Positions 28,746 through 38,845 of a stretch of DNA of 64,000 nt are shown here, piece by piece. A model generated the notes under the pieces. That model ran no database searches. It was not told where the DNA came from and was given only the letters and a program-made list of their open reading frames with translations. Location of the stretch: the NCBI GenBank assembly GCA_963662285.2, contig CAXXMV010000002.1, positions 1,632,001 to 1,696,000 on the forward strand, written 5' to 3'. A program made the translations under genes and the position numbers. Every line of letters begins with the position of its first letter. Positions within the stretch are counted from its first letter, which is position 1. The DNA comes from a bacterium (GTDB taxonomy: Bacteria > Hinthialibacterota > Hinthialibacteria > Hinthialibacterales > Hinthialibacteraceae).

Positions 28746-31097
28746 TCACTTCTCACTACCAAACCCTTTTACCTCCGCCCCACTCTCATCAAATACGGTC
28801 GCCTGCACAATGCCGCTTTCCGTCAAAACCGCCCGCACGCTTCCTGACGCCAGTGGAACCTTAACTTCATAAACTCCGCCATGCTGGGTGAGTTCAGCTG
28901 ATCCACTAATGTTTTTCCCGGAACGATATGGCCGCAGAACCGTCACGAAAGTTTGGCTCTTCGATTTCTCAACTGTACTGGCAGTCAAATGATGCTCCAC
29001 CAGTTTTACCCTATCCCGCGGTGGAGGATCGAATTTATCCGTCTGGCTAATGCTAAGATTTTCGGGCCATAAAAAATTCACTTTGCAAGCGGCTTTGCCC
29101 TCTTCTGCATAGATATTATGTTGATCGTCAATCTTCATCTGATTGCTGGCGTGTAAACGCCATTCAAAGGTTGAACTCTGCGGCGCTTGCAGCGTATCGA
29201 AGATGACGATGGCTTCCGGTTTAATATAAAGCATCCTACGGGTGAATTGCTCCAATTTCCCTTCATAGGCCTTAGATGCTTCGCCGCATACATAATCGAT
29301 CTGTGCATCAGTATAAAAATCCAGAATCTCGCCTGTAGCGCTGGCCGAATGACCCGTTTGTCCCTCGCCATTAACCGTGATGCAATTAGTTGATTTTGTC
29401 TGCCACATCCAGTTTTTATGGTGCACGCTGCCATAAATATCACGCTTACCAGTGCGAATAAACAGCCGCTCGCCGAATGCGTAAAGCAGAAATGAGTTGT
29501 TCGATTCATAACCGTGGCTCTGCGTTCCAAACGGGCTGCTCTTAAAAATAAGTTCTACATTATCGCCCGCATCAAGCAGGTTTGAATTCATCATGGCCTG
29601 CCCCGTATCCTGGAAGCAACGAGAGGAAGGCAACGCATCGGGCGATTTAGCCTCCATCTTGGGCAGCGCTCCCCGGATAAAACCAATGTAGCCTGATTCT
29701 TTAGGCGGCTGGCCATGTTGATCCACATACCATTGCCAATAAGGATTCTGCGCTTGAGCGGCGAAGATCGACATCACAGTTGAGTTGTCGCGTGATTTCC
29801 GCGCGGCGCAAAGATCTCCGAAGCCGCCGCCCTGTGTTCCGGGAGGTTGCAGGTACATGGCGTAATAGCCCACTTGCGAGAAATATGGTTTATCGAAGGC
29901 GTTGATTCCCATGGCGCTTCGCATGACGTCCGCCCACCAGGTAAAACGGTAAATATAACTGCGCCAATAGGAGACGCCCTCATGCCACCCGCCGTCATCA
30001 TCGCTCCATACCGGATAGACATTGCTGAAGACATTAGCCGCAAACCAGGCCCATTTCTCCGCTTGGGGAATCTCGCCCTGAAATGCGATGCCCAATTCTC
30101 CCAGAAAATGCCAGGCGCGGTTGCTGTGGCTTGAGTAAGGTTTCCATAAATGCCTGGGGTAGAGATGGTCATACATCTCTTCGCCTCTAACAGCCATTAT
30201 TTTGCAGCAAGTCTCGCGTTCTGCCTGGCTTAACAGGTCATGAACGAAGGTATACGTTCTGGCAAAGTAATAGTTATAAGGCATCCCCGCTTCGTCGTTA
30301 TAACGGTATCCGGTTGAGCCTTTCGGATCCCACTTGGCGCATTCCAGCAGTATCTTTTTGGCCAGCTGACCATACTCATCCTTGCCGCCCATCAAACGGG
30401 TAAAGGCCAGCGTCGCCGCGCTATTCAACGCTTTTATGGTATATGTTCGGTTGCCCCACCACATCTCGCGCCATGCTTCACTCTTACGTTCCATATCTTC
30501 TGGATAACGGGGCGGCTCTGTAGTATCAGGTGGATTCTTAAGTATATTCTCAGATGATTGAACCAACTCGTCAAAATGATCCTTCAAATCTCCCTGCGCC
30601 CGCTCACGCAGTTTCGGGATTTGCTCTGGACGTACAAAAAGCCTGGGGTGGGTTTTAGGGATGCGCGCCAGTAGTTCATCTTTTATCGGTAAGGGAAGAG
30701 AACCGGCTGAATCAGAAATGCTGAATTGACGCACCTTGCTCCATTCTGATGTGGTTTCAAATTTATCAATAAAGCGAAACCGCCAAAACCATCTCCCCGG
30801 CGCAAAGATGCGGGGCGGGGTATGCACGTTATACTCAATTTTTTTGGCCTGGTATCTGATATTAGAGAAATCACTATCCCGCGAACATTGGATTTCATAT
30901 TCTTGAGCGTCTTGTTGGGGACGCCATGCGAATCCGGGTGGAGTGACTTTGATGGTTTTACCTTCAGCGGGACGAAAACCCCATTCGCCCGCCGCCTTGG
31001 GAGCATCATTAACTTGAATCTTTTCTGCGGCTTGCGGCGCATTGATCAAAAAAATTGCGCCGATAATCACGGCGCATGTTTGAATCCAACGAAACAT
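28746..31097 (-). CDS. Secreted DUF4962 + heparinase II/III family polysaccharide lyase
   Basis: Signal peptide. HPRLF, DGGWHEGVSYW, SSPFGTQSHG, NCITVNG, FTRRMLY. Confidence 0.85.
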   Translation of the reverse strand: MFRWIQTCAVIIGAIFLINAPQAAEKIQVNDAPKAAGEWGFRPAEGKTIKVTPPGFAWRPQQDAQEYEIQCSRDSDFSNIRYQAKKIEYNVHTPPRIFAPGRWFWRFRFIDKFETTSEWSKVRQFSISDSAGSLPLPIKDELLARIPKTHPRLFVRPEQIPKLRERAQGDLKDHFDELVQSSENILKNPPDTTEPPRYPEDMERKSEAWREMWWGNRTYTIKALNSAATLAFTRLMGGKDEYGQLAKKILLECAKWDPKGSTGYRYNDEAGMPYNYYFARTYTFVHDLLSQAERETCCKIMAVRGEEMYDHLYPRHLWKPYSSHSNRAWHFLGELGIAFQGEIPQAEKWAWFAANVFSNVYPVWSDDDGGWHEGVSYWRSYIYRFTWWADVMRSAMGINAFDKPYFSQVGYYAMYLQPPGTQGGGFGDLCAARKSRDNSTVMSIFAAQAQNPYWQWYVDQHGQPPKESGYIGFIRGALPKMEAKSPDALPSSRCFQDTGQAMMNSNLLDAGDNVELIFKSSPFGTQSHGYESNNSFLLYAFGERLFIRTGKRDIYGSVHHKNWMWQTKSTNCITVNGEGQTGHSASATGEILDFYTDAQIDYVCGEASKAYEGKLEQFTRRMLYIKPEAIVIFDTLQAPQSSTFEWRLHASNQMKIDDQHNIYAEEGKAACKVNFLWPENLSISQTDKFDPPPRDRVKLVEHHLTASTVEKSKSQTFVTVLRPYRSGKNISGSAELTQHGGVYEVKVPLASGSVRAVLTESGIVQATVFDESGAEVKGFGSEK

Positions 31098-31178
31098 GAT
31101 AAATCTCCTGATAAAGATAATTCGTTATATAGCAAAATGTCTAGTATTCTTACCAACTATTAATGCCGGATAACCTAG

Positions 31179-31249
31179 TTCCCTCTCCTATTGGGAGAGG
31201 GCTAGGGTGCGGGGGAAACAAAAGTAGGGCGCACCTCTCGTGGGCGCCC
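31179..31249 (+). repeat. REP-like cluster (CCCTCTCC family + GTAG family)
   Basis: ccctctcctattgggagagggctagggtgcgggg and gtagggcgcacctctcgtgggcgccc. Confidence 0.65.
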
Positions 31250-31274
31250 GAACCCATCAACAACCAAAAAAAAC

Positions 31275-32126
31275 TCAAGCCTTAGCTTTATCCCAGGTCT
31301 TCTTAACAAACTCCAAAGACTTAATCGCCAATTCATCCTGGGTCTCATAAACATCCCGCCAGATGCATGTGGCGGCGGCGATTTCCGGTAAAGCGCTGCT
31401 AAAGGCTTCAATGGTCAACCATCCGTCATATTTAATTTTCTTAAGAGTTTTGAAAGTGGCGGCGAATGGAATATGTCCGGTTCCGGGGATGCCGCGGTGA
31501 TTCTCTGAGACATGAACATGCCCGATCAAGTCGCCCGCAGCGGTAATCGCTTTGTTAAGGTTCTCTTCTTCGATATTAGCGTGAAAGGTATCCCAGGTCA
31601 CCTTGAAATTCTTATGATCGACCTCTTTTGCGAATTTACATGCGTCGCCTACCGTATTAATAAAATAAGTCTCAAAACGGTTCAATGCTTCCAACGCCAG
31701 GGTAACCCCGGTTTTCTCGGCCTCTAAAGCCACCTTCCTCATAACATCCACGCCCCATTTCCATTCATCTTCCGTGCGTGGACGTCCAACCAGGTTTCCA
31801 ACCGGCGAGGTGAACGGTCCCATAATAGTTTCAACGCCCATAATATCAGCGTTATCGATAGTCTTCTTCATAAAGTTCAAAGCTTTTCTACGAATCGGCG
31901 CCTCGGAACTGATAGGATTCGCTTCCATCGGGACGCATGATGAGACAGTGCATTTCAATTTCAATCGATCAAGATGTTTACGCAGTTTCTTGCTAGTGCC
32001 TTTATTAAACGCAAAAAGTGGAATCTCAACGCCATCATAACCAAGTTCAGCCAACCGTTCTAAAACATTCACATGCTTCTCTGTTATTACCGTATCCCAT
32101 AATAATAAGTTCAAACCAATTTTCAT
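31275..32126 (-). CDS. Sugar isomerase/epimerase, D-tagatose/D-psicose 3-epimerase family
   Basis: EALNRFE, DTFHANIEE, HVHVSENHRGIPG, TIEAF metal-binding motifs. Confidence 0.9.
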   Translation of the reverse strand: MKIGLNLLLWDTVITEKHVNVLERLAELGYDGVEIPLFAFNKGTSKKLRKHLDRLKLKCTVSSCVPMEANPISSEAPIRRKALNFMKKTIDNADIMGVETIMGPFTSPVGNLVGRPRTEDEWKWGVDVMRKVALEAEKTGVTLALEALNRFETYFINTVGDACKFAKEVDHKNFKVTWDTFHANIEEENLNKAITAAGDLIGHVHVSENHRGIPGTGHIPFAATFKTLKKIKYDGWLTIEAFSSALPEIAAATCIWRDVYETQDELAIKSLEFVKKTWDKAKA

Positions 32127-32396
32127 TGTACTATTCCTCCCGATTGGGTTTAATAAATTATTTCTTGTATTCCTAAATCAATGTTCTTTCCATATATTTT
32201 CTAAGCATCTAATCTCCGATAATTATCTAATCTATCAGATTATCATGCCAACCGTCAATTGGTTAAGTGGAGAGGATGGGAGATATTAATGTATTTAACC
32301 TTTTTTTAGTGATAAGTTCAGATATGGCTAATGTTTTTCCGAACATTTTATTATAAAATAGTGACTTATATAAAAACTACACGAAGGAGGAATCTT

Positions 32397-33083
32397 ATGA
32401 TCAAAAGAGTATGCCTGTTATTAATCGTTTGCTTTATTTCACTGGGCGCCATTGCGGCGGAAAAAGCCGATCCGTTCGCTGTGGGAGAAAAATGGGTTTA
32501 CAAACATGATGGCCCGAAACCAATGAGCTGGAGAAATGAGAAAATCGAAGGCGATATGGTTCGAGTTGTCACCGGGATTAAGGGAGAAGGCGAGCAAAAA
32601 CGCTGGATCATCAAAGAAACTTATGGCGCAGCTGATGAACGCCCAACCAGTTCCTACATTGATAGCAATAATCAGTATTCCAAAATGGATTCAGGCGCTG
32701 ATCGATCAATGACTTACGATCCAGCTGTTCCGTTCTATTTCCCTGAATTAAAAGTAGATGAAACAAAAGAGATTAAAACCCAGTTCAGTTTTGGACAGGG
32801 TGGTTTCCCTGTATCTATTACATACAAACGCGTGGCTGATGAAACGATTAAAGTCCCCGCTGGAGAATTTAAGAATTGCCAGCATTACAAGGTGGAAACG
32901 GTATTTACTTTTAACCGTGATGGCAATGAATTTAAGATGAAATCAAATCGTGAACTTTGGTATAACGCTAAAGTGAATGGTTTTGTGAAAATCATGATGA
33001 TTCAACCAGATCGTGAATTTAACGGTGAAGTCCGAAAAGGTTATACCGCCTCCAGCGAATTGAAAGAGTATTCCAAGAAATAA
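32397..33083 (+). CDS. Secreted beta-rich protein (VPAGEF motif, DUF3108-like), paralog 1
   Basis: AGGAGG SD, signal peptide, GEKWVY...KVPAGEF...ELWY..VNGFVK. Confidence 0.8.
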   Translation: MIKRVCLLLIVCFISLGAIAAEKADPFAVGEKWVYKHDGPKPMSWRNEKIEGDMVRVVTGIKGEGEQKRWIIKETYGAADERPTSSYIDSNNQYSKMDSGADRSMTYDPAVPFYFPELKVDETKEIKTQFSFGQGGFPVSITYKRVADETIKVPAGEFKNCQHYKVETVFTFNRDGNEFKMKSNRELWYNAKVNGFVKIMMIQPDREFNGEVRKGYTASSELKEYSKK

Positions 33084-33137
33084 TGATTTACGTTTTATGA
33101 TTAATGAATGACAAGAAATACCCAAGGGAGGAAACTT

Positions 33138-33824
33138 ATGTTCAAAAAAGCATGTCTGTTCCTTATCGTTTGTAGTATTTCACTGGGCGCCATTGCGGCG
33201 GAAAAAGCCGATCCGTTCGCCGTGGGAGAGAAATGGGTCTATAAACATGATGGCCCAAGACCAATGAGCCGGAGCAGCGATCAAATCGAAGGCGACCGGA
33301 TTCAAGTTGTAACTGAGATTCGAGGAGAAGGAGAGAAGAAACTCTGGATCATCAAAGAAACTTATGGCGCAGACGATGAACGCCCAACCAGCTACTATAT
33401 TGATGTCAATAAACAGTATGCCAAAAGAGATTCAGGCCCTGATCGATCAATGACTTACGATCCAGCTGTTCCGTATTATTTCCCAGAATTAAAAGTTGGT
33501 GAAGAAAAAGAAATTAAGACCAACAGTAGTTTTGGGCAGGGTGAATTCCCCATTTCTATGACATACAAACGCGTCGCCGATGAAACGGTTAAAGTCCCCG
33601 CTGGAGAATTTGAGAATTGCCAGCATTACAAGGTGGAGATTGTATATACTTTTAACCGTGGTGGAAATGAAATGAAGATGACATCTAACAATGAACTTTG
33701 GTATAACGCCAAAGTGAATGGGATGGTGAAAATCGTCTTAATCAGACCAGATCGTGAATTTAATGGTCAAGTCCGTAAAGGTTACACCGCCACCAGTGAA
33801 TTGAAAGAGTATTCCAGGAAATAG
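33138..33824 (+). CDS. Secreted beta-rich protein, paralog 2
   Basis: Same length as and colinear with the preceding gene, with long identical DNA blocks. Confidence 0.8.
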   Translation: MFKKACLFLIVCSISLGAIAAEKADPFAVGEKWVYKHDGPRPMSRSSDQIEGDRIQVVTEIRGEGEKKLWIIKETYGADDERPTSYYIDVNKQYAKRDSGPDRSMTYDPAVPYYFPELKVGEEKEIKTNSSFGQGEFPISMTYKRVADETVKVPAGEFENCQHYKVEIVYTFNRGGNEMKMTSNNELWYNAKVNGMVKIVLIRPDREFNGQVRKGYTATSELKEYSRK

Positions 33825-33863
33825 TTATTACGCATTATTACGTTATGGCTATAATCATACTAA

Positions 33864-33901
33864 AGAGGGGCTGCACAAATATCTGCGCAGCCCCTCTCTT
33901 T
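33864..33901 (+). terminator. Rho-independent terminator
   Basis: AGAGGGGCTGC...GCAGCCCCTCT-cttt. Confidence 0.7.
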
Positions 33902-34006
33902 GTTATACGTATAGCCCTTGATTAAACGCACCTACGCGTAGGGGGGCGCGCGCCTCACCGACCCACCAAAAATCCACTAACGAAAACCAACCACTACCCC
34001 CACCAA

Positions 34007-35689
34007 TCATTCAACCGCAAATACATAAATCTCCCGTATACTAGGTCCATCAGTAGATTCAAGGATATTCAAGCGAATATTACGAGCCGTAATTGGATCA
34101 AAAGAGATATTCAGTTTATCTCCTATTTTCCCGCCTTTGTGGAACGTAATCCATTTATCATTCTTTTTGTATTGTAGTTCGAACTTTTGTATGCGGTTGT
34201 ATGATTCGCGAATGGCGATCCGGTTAAATTTGGCTTCTTTCTCAAGATCAACCGATATCCATGCATTTTCGATCCCCGAATCACTGGCCCACCTTGTGCT
34301 TAAATCATTATCAAAAGCTTTCTTAGGACCGAACGCCCAGGTATTATTCTGATAGACATTCGACGCCTGCGCCTCTTTCTGCGCCGCTAAAGAATCATAT
34401 TGCTGTAAGTTAATGGCATCGATCTCAGCGGCTGGACCATCCAACTGCAAAGCGATGATGGTATCCAGATCATCAATGTTTTCGCGGGGCAGGGATATCT
34501 CGATTCCTTTGTCAGTTTTTTTAAAGGTGGCTTGACCGCCGGTCAACGCTTTACAGGATATGATTTCTTTATCGATATTGGGTATAAGAAATGTGGATTT
34601 ATCTCCCCAATTAACAATATGCAGATAGATGTTGTTGCCACTGTGAGTGCTGCCGCCCCATTCGCCGGTTTTGAATGGGCCGCCGCGTGTTTCATAGATC
34701 GTGTCGCCATACTTTTTCAACCAGGCGCCAATCTCTTTCAAGCGTTCGACTTGCCTTGCTTCGATCTCGCCATTGGGCATGGGGCCGACGTTGAGCAGCA
34801 GGTTGCCGTCGCCGCCCACCGAACGCACCAGAATATCAATGCATTCCTTCAGGGTTTTCAGTTGGTCATCAGGTTTCCATGCCCACTGATGGCAAATGGT
34901 CATACAGGTTTCCCAGGCGCGGTCATTTTGAAAATGCCCCACGCGCTGTTCGGGAGTATCGAAATCAGCCGGTAACCCGGCGCGGTTGTTGATGATAATC
35001 CCCGGCTGTAATTTGTAGATCATGGGCAGCAGTTCTTTGGCGTTCCACTTATCCGGTCCGGCGCCCAGGCCGTCAAACCACATAATACTCAGTTTGCCGT
35101 AATTTGTGCATAATTCTCTGACCAGATTATGCAGGTATTTGATATAACGGTCATGGTTTTCAGAGAAATAATCGGCATGATGCCAGTCCGGCGGCGAATG
35201 ATAAAAGCCCAGTTTGATGCCCGCTTTATGACATGCATCAGCCAATTCCTTGACCACATCGCGTCCGAATGGAGAGTTGGTGATTTTGTAATCGGTATAC
35301 TGGCTATCGAACATGCAAAAACCGTCATGGTGCTTGGTGGTGAAGACCAGGTATTTCATACCGGTCGCTTTGGCTATGGCGACCCATTCATCAGCGTTGA
35401 ATTTCACCGGATTGAATTTCTTGTAGAGGTTGTCATATTCCTCAACTGGAATTTCGCCTTTGCCCTTGGGGAATTTCCTCTCGCCGCCGCGCGACCATCC
35501 GATCTCTGTACCTTTCAGGCTGACCGGCCCCCAATGGATGAATAACCCGAACTTGGCGTCCCGAAACCACTGCATATCCTCTTGATCCGCATTAAGTTGC
35601 GGTTCATCCGCTTGAACTGTCAACAAAAACGAAAAGCCTAGAAGACAGAGTATCAAAGAAATTATAGTAAGCCTGAAATGAATCCTCAT
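34007..35689 (-). CDS. Alpha-L-fucosidase (GH29) with C-terminal F5/8 type C (CBM32-like) domain
   Basis: KFGLFIHWG, TTKHHDGF, MWFDG, NLLLNVGP, AFDNDLSTRWAS. Signal peptide. Confidence 0.93.
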   Translation of the reverse strand: MRIHFRLTIISLILCLLGFSFLLTVQADEPQLNADQEDMQWFRDAKFGLFIHWGPVSLKGTEIGWSRGGERKFPKGKGEIPVEEYDNLYKKFNPVKFNADEWVAIAKATGMKYLVFTTKHHDGFCMFDSQYTDYKITNSPFGRDVVKELADACHKAGIKLGFYHSPPDWHHADYFSENHDRYIKYLHNLVRELCTNYGKLSIMWFDGLGAGPDKWNAKELLPMIYKLQPGIIINNRAGLPADFDTPEQRVGHFQNDRAWETCMTICHQWAWKPDDQLKTLKECIDILVRSVGGDGNLLLNVGPMPNGEIEARQVERLKEIGAWLKKYGDTIYETRGGPFKTGEWGGSTHSGNNIYLHIVNWGDKSTFLIPNIDKEIISCKALTGGQATFKKTDKGIEISLPRENIDDLDTIIALQLDGPAAEIDAINLQQYDSLAAQKEAQASNVYQNNTWAFGPKKAFDNDLSTRWASDSGIENAWISVDLEKEAKFNRIAIRESYNRIQKFELQYKKNDKWITFHKGGKIGDKLNISFDPITARNIRLNILESTDGPSIREIYVFAVE

Positions 35690-35836
35690 CGGTTTGCTCC
35701 ACAAATAGTTTTTGAAATCATTATGATTTTTGCAAACCTCTAATGAACTTTCTAGTGGAATATGTTATTATTCTTAAAACGGCAGTTAGATTATGATTTT
35801 ATTTTATCGACATTTGGAAAATTTATGGTTTTTGAA

Positions 35837-35991
35837 AACAATCCCCTCTTGAATTCTCACCAACTTGGGGGAGAGGGATTTTGGAGATATAACCAGTTTT
35901 TTTGTTTTGGCTTAGTAATACAAAATACTGTGGTTAAACATTCCTCTCCCAAGATTGGGAGAGGTTTGGAGAGGGTTGATAACAATCACCC
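35837..35991 (+). mobile_element. About 155-bp double-palindrome dispersed element, copy 2
   Basis: Aligns with the reverse complement of 3784..3940. Confidence 0.75.
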
Positions 35992-36090
35992 TAGCAAAGA
36001 AATAACTAACAACAGTATTTTTTACCTTCTGGGTGAAAAGAAATATTCTGAAATCAGTAGATCAATGCCTCATCATGGAGTAATGGTAAT

Positions 36091-36639
36091 ATGAAAAATA
36101 GTGGATTTACCTTGATAGAATTGTTGATTGTGGTCGCCATTATCGGGATTCTGGCGGCAATTGCCGTCCCGAATTTCTTGAATGCGCAGGTAAGAGCCAA
36201 AATCGCTGGTACGCAAGCGGATCAACGTTCTCTGGCTACGGCGCTTGAATCGTACCGTATGGATAAAAATATGTATCCGCCGACTCCCAACACCGCCGCC
36301 AATCTACGTTTCGCCCGTTTGGCCAAATTAACCTCGCCTACTCCATATATGTCCAGCGTGCCGCTTGATCCTTTCCGCTCCAGATTGGTGCACGATATGC
36401 TAGACAGCGCATATCCCTTCTGGGATCCGGAAACGGCTGATGCACAAAGGAAAAGCGGTAACCGGTTTGATGCTTTGCCAAGCGTAAAGAGCCGTTTAGG
36501 AGGTTGGGTGCTGCATGGCGCCGGGCCGGATCAAGACTATGAACCGGATACCGCCGGGGGCGGTTCAGGAATAATCTATTTATTTGATGCTTCCAATGGA
36601 TTAAACAGCGATGGAGATATCGATCGATTTGGTTTGTAG
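36091..36639 (+). CDS. Prepilin-type N-terminal cleavage/methylation protein (GspG-like pseudopilin)
   Basis: G|FTLIELLIVVAIIGILAAIAVP, ALESYRMD..YP, PLDPF, GAGPD. Confidence 0.92.
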   Translation: MKNSGFTLIELLIVVAIIGILAAIAVPNFLNAQVRAKIAGTQADQRSLATALESYRMDKNMYPPTPNTAANLRFARLAKLTSPTPYMSSVPLDPFRSRLVHDMLDSAYPFWDPETADAQRKSGNRFDALPSVKSRLGGWVLHGAGPDQDYEPDTAGGGSGIIYLFDASNGLNSDGDIDRFGL

Positions 36640-36646
36640 CAGGTGG

Positions 36647-36684
36647 AATCACATTAGGGCAACCACAAGGTAATTGCCCCTACA
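36647..36684 (-). repeat. GTAGGGGCAA REP family copy
   Basis: Matches 23682..23718. Confidence 0.7.
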
Positions 36685-36722
36685 ATGTTTTGATTCAAAT
36701 GGTGTTTTGTTTTTATCGGAGA

Positions 36723-37277
36723 TCAAATATACTCAGAAAGCAACTCAGGGCTGGGCGCCGGAATAACCACCTGGCTAACTAAAACGCCGCGTTGTTTAGC
36801 CACGAAGGCTGCCGCGTCAACCGAGGCTTTTACTGCTGAAACATCTCCAGTAACCAACATGAAGCCCTTGCCGCCGATGGCCATGGCAACATGGATGCGG
36901 AACAGGGTGACGTCAGCAGCTTTAGCGGCGGCGTCGCTGGCTTCCAATATGCTGGCAACAGTAAAGGTTTCCACAATGCCCAAGGCGCCAGTCTGCTCTG
37001 GAGATAGTGGAGTTGTTTGAGATAATGCGGGGAAGACGCTATCGTGGACGCTGGGGATAACCAAACTATCAATCACGGCGTCTGAGCAGATATTCAATCC
37101 AGCGTCAACGCTGGATTGTACGTCAGCCACTTCTCCCCCGACGATCACGGCGTACTTGCCGGAACAAACCGTGCGGGCTACTAAAAGATTCACGGAGGAG
37201 GCTTTCAACATGGCATCCTCGGCTTGATAGCCTATACCGATGCTTGACAATTCGATCATTCCTATGGCTTGAGACAT
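36723..37277 (-). CDS. pduT: Tandem-domain BMC shell protein (PduT-like)
   Basis: Two BMC domains (AIGMIE...ALGIVE), RTVCSGKY with the Fe-S Cys, AIGGKG. Confidence 0.85.
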   Translation of the reverse strand: MSQAIGMIELSSIGIGYQAEDAMLKASSVNLLVARTVCSGKYAVIVGGEVADVQSSVDAGLNICSDAVIDSLVIPSVHDSVFPALSQTTPLSPEQTGALGIVETFTVASILEASDAAAKAADVTLFRIHVAMAIGGKGFMLVTGDVSAVKASVDAAAFVAKQRGVLVSQVVIPAPSPELLSEYI

Positions 37278-37291
37278 CGTTGATTCTCCGT

Positions 37292-38608
37292 TTATCCCTG
37301 TTCTATAATAATGTGAGTGGCTTGCGCTAGTTTAATGATGCCATCAATGCTGGCGTGGATCGGCGTTCCCAGTTGATCGTTATCCACCGAACCGATCATG
37401 TCTCCCTGTTTAACCCGGTCGCCTACTGATACCACTGGTTGAGCGGGAGCGCCGACATGTTGACGCATGGGAATATTAACCTGCCGGGGCGATAAATTGA
37501 TATCGGTTAAAGGGCCTTTATTCTCGAAGCAGTTAAGACCTAACTTGGTTATCAAGCGTGATATGGGAGTTTGTCGCCCTTCCCGCATTCCATGAACCTG
37601 GCGGTCGGGAACATCTTCCGGGTATGAAATCTTCTGCTCACGTAGTTCACGCTTGTTTATAGCGCAAATATCTTTCGGCGCCAGGTCTTCAGGACAGGCT
37701 ACCAAACTGCATAAGTTGCATTCGCAGCAATAATGGGTTCCTACTACCAACTGAAGTTTATCATGGCTGAATCCCAGGGCGCGCATGGCTTTATGCGGCT
37801 CAATGGGGTGACCCAGCAGATACCGGGGGCACATTTCGGTGCAGAAAGAGCATTGGTCGCATGCTGATTTACCGATTACACGTACGTTAGATTCAGTGCG
37901 GCTATATTTTTGAATCAGTGGATGATCTTCTGGAAACACCAGTAATCCGCCAGTGGTTTTAGTTATGGGATCATCTAAATTTTGGGCCAGACGCCCCATC
38001 ATGGTTCCGCCGGTGATCAAGGCGTAGGGTTCAACATTGGCGCCGCCGCAGGCTTCAATCACGGAGCGATAAGTTACGCCAATGGGAACCTCAACGGTTT
38101 GCGGATGATTCACGGCGCCCGCCACAGTAAGAAACTTGGTCGTGACTGGTTTGGCTCTGGCGACGTTGAGGACTGTCTCGACATTCATGACTACCGCGCC
38201 GACCTGAATTGGCAGCCCGCCGCGTGGAATCACCTTGCCGATTGTTTCATAGACCAGGACGAATTCGTCTCCAGCAGGGTAAAAATCACCCAATGGATGA
38301 ATCCTCATTCCCTCGCGCAACTTCGGCGTAAGCAATTCAATGACTTCCAGGTATTTCCCTTTGATGCCCAGAATGGTTTCTTTGGCGCCTAAATGCGCCT
38401 GAATTTTAGCCATTCCTTCAATCAACTCGTCGCAGAAATGCTTGAGCAGTTCTTTATCTTTATGCAGCAGCGGTTCGCATTCCGCACCATTGATGATAAG
38501 CGTATTGACGGAGGTTTTGAGTTTCGCATAAGTTGGAAATCCGGCGCCTCCGGCGCCGACAATACCATTGCTGCGCACCAGGTCTATGAAAGTAGTGTCC
38601 GTACTCAC
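37292..38608 (-). CDS. pduS: PduS/RnfC-like Fe-S flavoprotein (cobalamin reductase-like)
   Basis: GIVGAGGAGFPT, INGAECEP, CDQCSFCTEMCP, CCECNLC...CP, C-terminal QHVGAPA..HASIDG. Confidence 0.85.
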   Translation of the reverse strand: MSTDTTFIDLVRSNGIVGAGGAGFPTYAKLKTSVNTLIINGAECEPLLHKDKELLKHFCDELIEGMAKIQAHLGAKETILGIKGKYLEVIELLTPKLREGMRIHPLGDFYPAGDEFVLVYETIGKVIPRGGLPIQVGAVVMNVETVLNVARAKPVTTKFLTVAGAVNHPQTVEVPIGVTYRSVIEACGGANVEPYALITGGTMMGRLAQNLDDPITKTTGGLLVFPEDHPLIQKYSRTESNVRVIGKSACDQCSFCTEMCPRYLLGHPIEPHKAMRALGFSHDKLQLVVGTHYCCECNLCSLVACPEDLAPKDICAINKRELREQKISYPEDVPDRQVHGMREGRQTPISRLITKLGLNCFENKGPLTDINLSPRQVNIPMRQHVGAPAQPVVSVGDRVKQGDMIGSVDNDQLGTPIHASIDGIIKLAQATHIIIEQG

Positions 38609-38845
38609 GTTTGGTTTAATCTCCGCTCGAACGGTTAATAAAGGGATTTTGTATTTAAGAGAGGTTATTAATGAACATTATTGAGAGAACCGCTCTATCC
38701 GCGACTATGAACCGATTTTTTTTATAAATGTTATATTCTATTATCCTATATACATAATAATCCCTGGTTGCGATTTGATCAATCCACCAGGGCGCCGGGA
38801 GTGTTGATGAATGATTACTGGCGCTTATAAGACATGGCAGTGGAT

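Noticed and set aside
35762-36094. 110-aa ORF upstream of the pilin
   Set aside because: It mostly translates the 155-bp palindromic element and has no protein-like features.
38610-38845. Possible cobalamin riboswitch upstream of pduS (hairpin CCCTGG...CCAGGG near 38762-38791)
   Set aside because: No B12-box or other conserved riboswitch elements are recognisable. It is probably just a hairpin after the GGDEF gene.
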